Assembly (NCBI GenBank): GCA_049724395.1
Contig: JAUGWO010000046.1
Span: 62,001-126,000, forward strand
Length of the DNA stretch: 64,000 nucleotides
Direction of reading: 5' to 3'
Source of the DNA: Spongospora subterranea f. sp. subterranea
Taxonomy: Eukaryota
Every line of letters starts with the position of its first letter. Position 1 is the stretch's first letter. The notes beneath the pieces are model-generated. The model had not been told where the DNA came from, did not search any database, and worked only from the letters and a program-made list of their open reading frames with translations. A program made the position numbers and the translations under genes. Of this stretch, positions 57,995 to 64,000 are shown piece by piece.

Positions 57995-59590
57995 ATGGCT
58001 GATGTGGTCAACGCTTACAAATCGACTAGGACGGTGGCCTTCTCCCCGGCTACTTCCTCCATTTTATCAAACCCTGTAGGGTTCCTTCGGCAGCTCTCTT
58101 CCCCGCAATACGACTCCCTTCTAAGCGACAGTAAATGGACCCGCCTTGACACCGAAACTGTGGTGAACCTGGCAACCGAGAATAAAAGCTGGGAACTTAT
58201 TGCTCAAAGCACGACGCAAACATTCACAGGCGATGATTGTCGGAGGAGATATGAAGCAATAAGTGCAGCTATAACTGTTGCAGCCAAAAAAGAGGCTTGA
58301 TTTTTCTAAAGAGCTTTCGAAAAAACCTCGGAAGGCACCTGAACCGACTGGGACGGCTTGGAAGCCTGCAGAATTTACATCTTGGCCGGTTGGTCAACAG
58401 AAAGCATGGCTTGCCTTGAGCAAGGACCCTAACTCATATTATTTTCGGTTCGCCAAGCCTGGCGTTCCTATATCCAATGCGGATTGGACTGAAGAGGATC
58501 TTACCACGTTTCGCACATTAATTCAACAAAGACCTGCAAATGGCAATTGGGGTAAATCACAGGGTTTTATGATCAATATGTTATGTTCACGGGTTTCTTT
58601 TCAAAGGTCTATTCTCCCTATACTTCCCTACCAGGACAGGAGAGCAATGCAAGTTAATTTATCGGTCATTGATACGAGAGGGAAAACGCAAGACGCGCCA
58701 AAATGTCGTGAGCCGCATTGAGAAGAAAGCCAAGAGCAGTGAAGGCGATAGGATTATCAGTGTCGAGAAACAAGGACGAGACGGTTCCGCTTCAGAATCA
58801 TTATTATCAGATGAACCTATTCACCCAGACGGAGCGCCCCAAGGATGATGAAAGTTGTCTTCCCAAATCTTGTGAAGCTTCGCCAGTGGATAACGAAATG
58901 GAGGTGATTACGGAACATCAAGAAGTAGAACCAGGCAACGAACAATCCGTTGGCGAAAGATCTATAGAAGGAGGTGCAGCAATCGAAACTGAGGTGGGCG
59001 AAAATCATCAATCTAACCCCATCCTGTGCGACGTCGAGGAAAACAACGGTGGCGATCTTCCACAGACAATCCCCCTCATTCCTGTTCGTATTCAAGCTCC
59101 GGTGCTTTCTGAGGAGACTACATCCCCCATTTCTCAACATGTCGTGAATTGTGCAGATCGGTCCATCTCGCCGCTCTTCCCTAATTTGTTTCCTGTCGAA
59201 GTGCATTCAACGACCCGGTCCAGCTTAACGTTAGAGCAACAGTTTCAGGCCGAAGTCGACGACATGGAGCAAGGATTTCGGAATGTTGCCAATAGGTGAT
59301 TAATAACTCAAAGTGCCAATTCAGCCGCCTTTGATTCCTACCGTTTTAGAATGAAGGCCATTTATCGTGGCCGAATCAACGCAAGTGCTAGTGAAGTCGA
59401 CAAGATCAGCGTGAATTTCGATTATGAAGCTCGGAGCAGTGAGATCGTGACCAGGCAAAGATTTGAACGAGATACCCTACACAGCATGCAGCGCCATCGC
59501 ATCGTAACTCTTCCTGAAAAGGAACACAACACAATCAGGATAAGGTTCGCTCAGATCCCAGATTACTCCCTGGATGATCGTTGTTTCTAA
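57995..59590 (+). CDS. Myb/SANT-like domain protein (two apparent +1 frameshifts)
   Basis: KWT..DTE......SWE.IA.....FT...CRRRY; DPNSYYFRF..PG.....WTEED...F.........WG|LFS...P.RTG.QC...YR.LI..G; frame breaks at 58286-58291 and 58837-58840. Confidence 0.65.
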
Positions 59591-59734
59591 TAATAAATAA
59601 TCGAAATGTATTGATCAACGAAATCGTGGACGCCACATCCTGAGAAAAAGCTGAATATTACTATTAGTATATTAAACAACATATATTATTTCGTCGTGCA
59701 ATGATCATCTGCCATGTTGATGATGTTGTTCAAA

Positions 59735-60577
59735 TTAGAGCTGAGCCATGAGGGCGATCAGTTCAGATTCTTCATGGCGGAACGCAATGGCCGATCTAGA
59801 TGAACGTTTGGGTTCATCAACGAGGTGCTGAAAAAATGGAAGACGTTTCGTAGCTGAGGCGCTACTTGAGGGCGAAACGGCCGGTGATGGAGATGCAGCG
59901 ACAGGTTTGCTAATGGGCGCTGGAGTCGTCGCAGGAGACGATTTTGTACTGACTGAGCTCATTAAAGGTACGTCCTTTGGAGGTGCAGGAAACCTAGAAT
60001 TTGCATCGGCCGCTACAGAGCTTGCCGGCGGGAGAAACGGTGCCGAGTTGACAGATAACGGACGCTCGGGAGCGGTTCTGGCTGGCGGCGCTGGAGATTC
60101 GTCAACAACGGCAGCAGCAGGATCCGCAGCATAAATCAGGTCATCATGATGGATAAAATCGCATCTCGATCCGTATGGGCACGATCCATTCAGAAAATTC
60201 TTACACTTCTCAGTTTTCCATCGGCGATGACGCACAACAGGTCTGAGATCTTGCAATCCATGACTGGAAATACAATGTTTAGTCGGAGTGAAGACCCAGA
60301 CTGTATATGGCAACGGTACTGACGCGAATTGGCACTTGTTTGAATATCGACAATATCCGTTATCGCTATATGAGCGGCATAATTCCGTTTTGTACAAACT
60401 GGAATTATGTGCATATTGAGCGAGGCTGCCCTCTCTTGATGGAGAATTATCGGCCGATTTTGACCTGGGATGATACATGGGCAACGTCTCTAACCCATAC
60501 GACCAATCATCGCGAGTTGTCGTGGCGCCACTGGCCGACCACGCCGATGAATACCAGAGTTCGGAGCTGGTCGCCAT
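59735..60577 (-). CDS. Tristetraprolin/ZFP36-family tandem CCCH zinc-finger protein
   Basis: YKTELC-x8-C-x5-C-QFA|H (after removing intron 60264-60323), 18-aa linker, WKTEKC-x7-C-x5-C-x3-H; C-terminal KRLPFFQHL resembles the TTP NOT1-binding motif. Confidence 0.9.
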   Translation of the reverse strand: MATSSELWYSSAWSASGATTTRDDWSYGLETLPMYHPRSKSADNSPSREGSLAQYAHNSSLYKTELCRSYSDNGYCRYSNKCQFASVPLPYTVWVFTPTKHCISSHGLQDLRPVVRHRRWKTEKCKNFLNGSCPYGSRCDFIHHDDLIYAADPAAAVVDESPAPPARTAPERPLSVNSAPFLPPASSVAADANSRFPAPPKDVPLMSSVSTKSSPATTPAPISKPVAASPSPAVSPSSSASATKRLPFFQHLVDEPKRSSRSAIAFRHEESELIALMAQL

Positions 60578-62064
60578 TATTGCTATAAAAAACAACAAAA
60601 AACGCACAATAATGAGAGATGTGGTCGGTTGATGATTTGTGATGGGAAGCAACGGTGTAATTGGAGAAACTGGCGAAAAAAATCAATCCTGGGCGACAAC
60701 GCTATTCGTGTCGATCGTTCATTGGATAACAAGCGATAGATTAGAATAATGAACCAGATAAACGGAGAGTAATGACATAACGATCATGAAACATAGAAGA
60801 GAAAAGGGCCGGGCCCACACTCTACCCAGTATATCACATCACTCAGGTCACTGTCAAACAGCAGCCCAATTTGGCCAGCTCTCACTCTATGCAATTATTA
60901 CCTTGGTTGGCGACAAGATGGGCAACGCGTCGGGCCTTCACGACCGACGTGGATCGATGTCGGGTGCCGGAGTATAGGTGAAATGTAGAGAGCGCGGACT
61001 GACGGTTTCTGCGAGGAGCAATATCCATCCCAGATGATGCTCAACCTCGAACGAGGTCCGTCACGCACTCCGCAGCATTGGTGGTTTTCTCCGAGACGTA
61101 AATAGATTATGAAGGAGGACTATATATTCTGGTCAATTCAACAATAGCACTTGCTTGCTATAGGCAATATTCGGACTCGCGTGTCGATGCATTTGATGGG
61201 ACGCCGGTTTATCACTCAATATTATGAGTTCGATGTGTATTTCCATCATATGCGACAATGTGTCGCTTCACCACTCTTTCTGCATTATATTCTGCTTCAT
61301 GGTTGGATCAGTCGACTGTGGGAATACGATTCTATCATGAACCTGTAGAGAGATGTGGACCATTGGCGCGTGATTACCAGCAGTTTCCCTACACCAATGC
61401 GGAACAGTTCAAACCGGCCGATTGTTCCGTATATTCCTCGGACCGGAATACCACTCATTGAAATTCATATCGAGATGAGCTCCGGTTCTGAAACTGACCA
61501 GGGCTACGTCTTTCTGTCTGATGCTCTGAGCGATATTATTTCCGTCGCTACCAGCGAATATACCTCTTGCGAAGTATACTTCATCAGATCGTTATCGTCC
61601 TCCAAACTTTTAAATTCCTTTCGATTAGGAGCACCATTGCGACTTCGACGATCTCGCCGATGATATGCCAATAGAAGATATGGGCAGTCCATCTCCTGGA
61701 GCTAATGCAAATTTATCGTTCGTCACAAATGCGGCTAAGTCGTTGAAAGGGCCATTAAGAAGGTCGATATTTTTGCTTCAGGAGTTCTATACGAAGCTCA
61801 TATCAATATACCCAACCGAGATGTTTTGTTCGGCGTTGTTTGGTGGCGCTGTGTTGCTGTGTACGCTAATGGAAGGTGGAGCCAAGCTCGTATCCGACAC
61901 AATATCTATGTCGTATTTGGATCGGCAGATGCTCGATCGCGGTCGCGTTTGGAGGTCTGTATAACACGCTAGATCAATACATTTGATTTAGAGTACTAGG
62001 CTATTGCTGTGGTAAAACGCCATTATCAAGCGTTAGTTTAACAGAAATTATGAGTTGAGTTCAT

Positions 62065-64000
62065 TCAACTGAGGCCTTTAACCCTGGCCATATTCGCCAT
62101 TATCCTCTTGTTTCCCTTTCTCTGATAAACAGTGGTTGTAATGCACAGATTTAAATGTATGCCGCACTTCCTTACCTTGTAAGCATTGCGAATTAGGGTT
62201 TTTTTGGCGTTGTAATACGATAGTGACTCCGGATCACTGTTCAGAATTCGATCCGCTTCGATTTTCTCAAACTGTTCGCCATCATCCAGAATGTCAATAC
62301 TGTCAGAAGCGCGGCGCTGCTCAAACCTATTAGGGAATTAACCAAACGATGAAGCAGCAAGGAACGCCATTACCATTGCAGAAACTGGCTGGCCATGCGT
62401 TTTTTGATGAGTTGGCAGTTTTCCTTCAATAACGACAACTCATCTCGGACGCTTTTCCACCGCTCGAAAGCGTTTTGGTATTCGGTTTTCCTCTGTTTTA
62501 TGTCTCGAATCATCGTATACTCTTCTTCGTCAATGATTTCTTCGTTCGATAAAGATTCAGGGCTGACTGCAGTCCTCTCGGCCCTGAGCTCGGCCAACCT
62601 GGCCGACAATGTGTCTATCTCGCGCTTTGCGGCGTTGACGACGGTACCTGCCACCTTATACTGTTCTCGAGCTTCCCTGATCTTCGCCGTCAAGTCTGAA
62701 TACTCGGCATTAGGTGAAGCTCCCTCCGAGGATCGCCACTCTTGAAAGGCAGTTTCCTCGTCCAACAGGACTGGTACATTGGCAGCAGCAGTTTGGACAG
62801 GGATAGGGTTGGGTGTTTTCACAGTTCGACGGTCGGGTGAGGCAGCTCGTGACATCATGTCATCCTCTTCAATAACAGGGCGGGCGTCAGATGGTGCGCT
62901 TCCGCCAACACTGAATCCGCTCAGATTTTCGACCAATTCTCCAACCAGCGTGGGACCGGCCGAGCTCTTTGACGACATTGTCGTCGGGTTTGGTGTCGTC
63001 TTAAGTGAAGCCGATGCGGCGTCAGTTGAGCTCCCGAGAGATGTCCCCTCCGCAGGTACAGAATGCTGTTTACAAATGATTTTGAATTGGCGGAAGATCT
63101 CGTGAACTTGTTGAAGGCTGACGATGGGCAACTCGGGGATGGTCAACGCTAAATACTGTAAAACTTGCTCGTGAATCTGTTTCTGTTGTTCCGGCGTGAA
63201 ATCTTCATGTGAGACGGGTCCACGGTTGCTGATCATATCATGCTGAAGTTGACGTCAATACTGACTAGGAAACCGTTGTTATCAGTCTGGGTACTACCAT
63301 TGCTAATTCTTGCTTTAACAACGCAATCTGTTTTTCATATTTCTTCAACAGCAGCGTCGGATCCAGATCTATATTGATCGTCGCATCTGTAGTCAACCGC
63401 ATCATGCGTGTCGCGAACTTCAAAGTCGAGATGGTCTCCTCCAAATGACGAGCTGCAGGCCATACGTTGGCGATCAGCCTCGTAATACTGTTCCCACCTA
63501 GACGCTCGGTGTGAGGTTAGAGCAGACAATGGAATAATAAGACAGATACCAAGAGAGTCCCGAAGTACGTGGGTTAACTTTGACGAGCGGAACGGGATAT
63601 GGTCACGATGTCGTGAGCTCAGTGCAATCACAACCTGTTCTAGGAATGATAACGACCGATTGATATAGAGTGCCTCCTGCAAGCACAAACACACATTATT
63701 GAGGCACACGTTTGACGATTGACCGACAAACCTGCAGCGTTTGACCTCGGGAGTCTGTCTTGGCAACACGCTCACTTCCGGCTAAATCGACCAAGTTCAA
63801 TTTCGAAACGATTACTTTCTCAGCAGATTCGATCCTAGAACGGGTCTCTAGATATATTGTGAAGATGGTGTGTGACCTGGACGATGAGGTATTGTTAGCG
63901 TGTTGCCCCATAGAGCGATTGGATTCGCCTTCGAAAAGAAGATTCAGGGCTTGCTCTTCATTAGTCACCTCAGGCTTCTTCAGTCCTTTCACAGACACAT
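62065..64000 (-). CDS. KIF9: Kinesin-9 (KIF9/KIF6-like), 5'-truncated by window edge
   Basis: SSRSHTIF, KLNLVDLAGSER, INRSLSFLEQV.IAL......HIPFRSSKLTH.LRDSLGGN, EETISTLKFA.RM; tail EIIDEEEY and LDDGEQFE......DPES..YYNAKK. Confidence 0.85.

Overview
Gene-dense eukaryotic nuclear DNA of moderate GC, with many short (about 45-65 nt) GT-AG introns, so most genes are split across several ORFs of the six-frame track. A kinesin-9 points to a flagellated protist. The gene structure would fit a phytomyxid/plasmodiophorid plant parasite, but that is inference only. About 20 protein genes are recognisable: an RRM protein (partial), SRR1-like, WDR81-like BEACH-WD40, a CK1-family kinase, tandem coronin, MFS transporter, Hsp20, bromodomain+PHD protein, FANCM/Mph1, two ABCC transporters, TTC14-like, G-protein gamma, a cNMP-binding protein, RhoGAP-like/WH2 protein, membrane thioredoxin, L2HG dehydrogenase, THOC1, adenylate kinase, a Myb-like protein, a TTP/ZFP36-like protein and KIF9-like kinesin (partial). 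A patch of decayed DNA transposons lies at 25.3-27.6 kb. Most notable observations: (1) the CK1 kinase carries the C-terminal domain of green-lineage MUT9-like kinases (MLK/PPK/AEL), in an apparently non-plant genome; (2) a ~280-bp inverted, diverged copy of the bromodomain exon sits head-to-head just upstream of its own gene; (3) the RhoGAP-like domain lacks the arginine finger and is fused to two WH2 motifs; (4) a stop-free 60-nt intron splits zinc finger 1 of the TTP homologue. Several +1 frameshifts in homopolymer runs are most likely assembly errors. All family assignments come from motif recognition by eye; exon boundaries and some termini are approximate.
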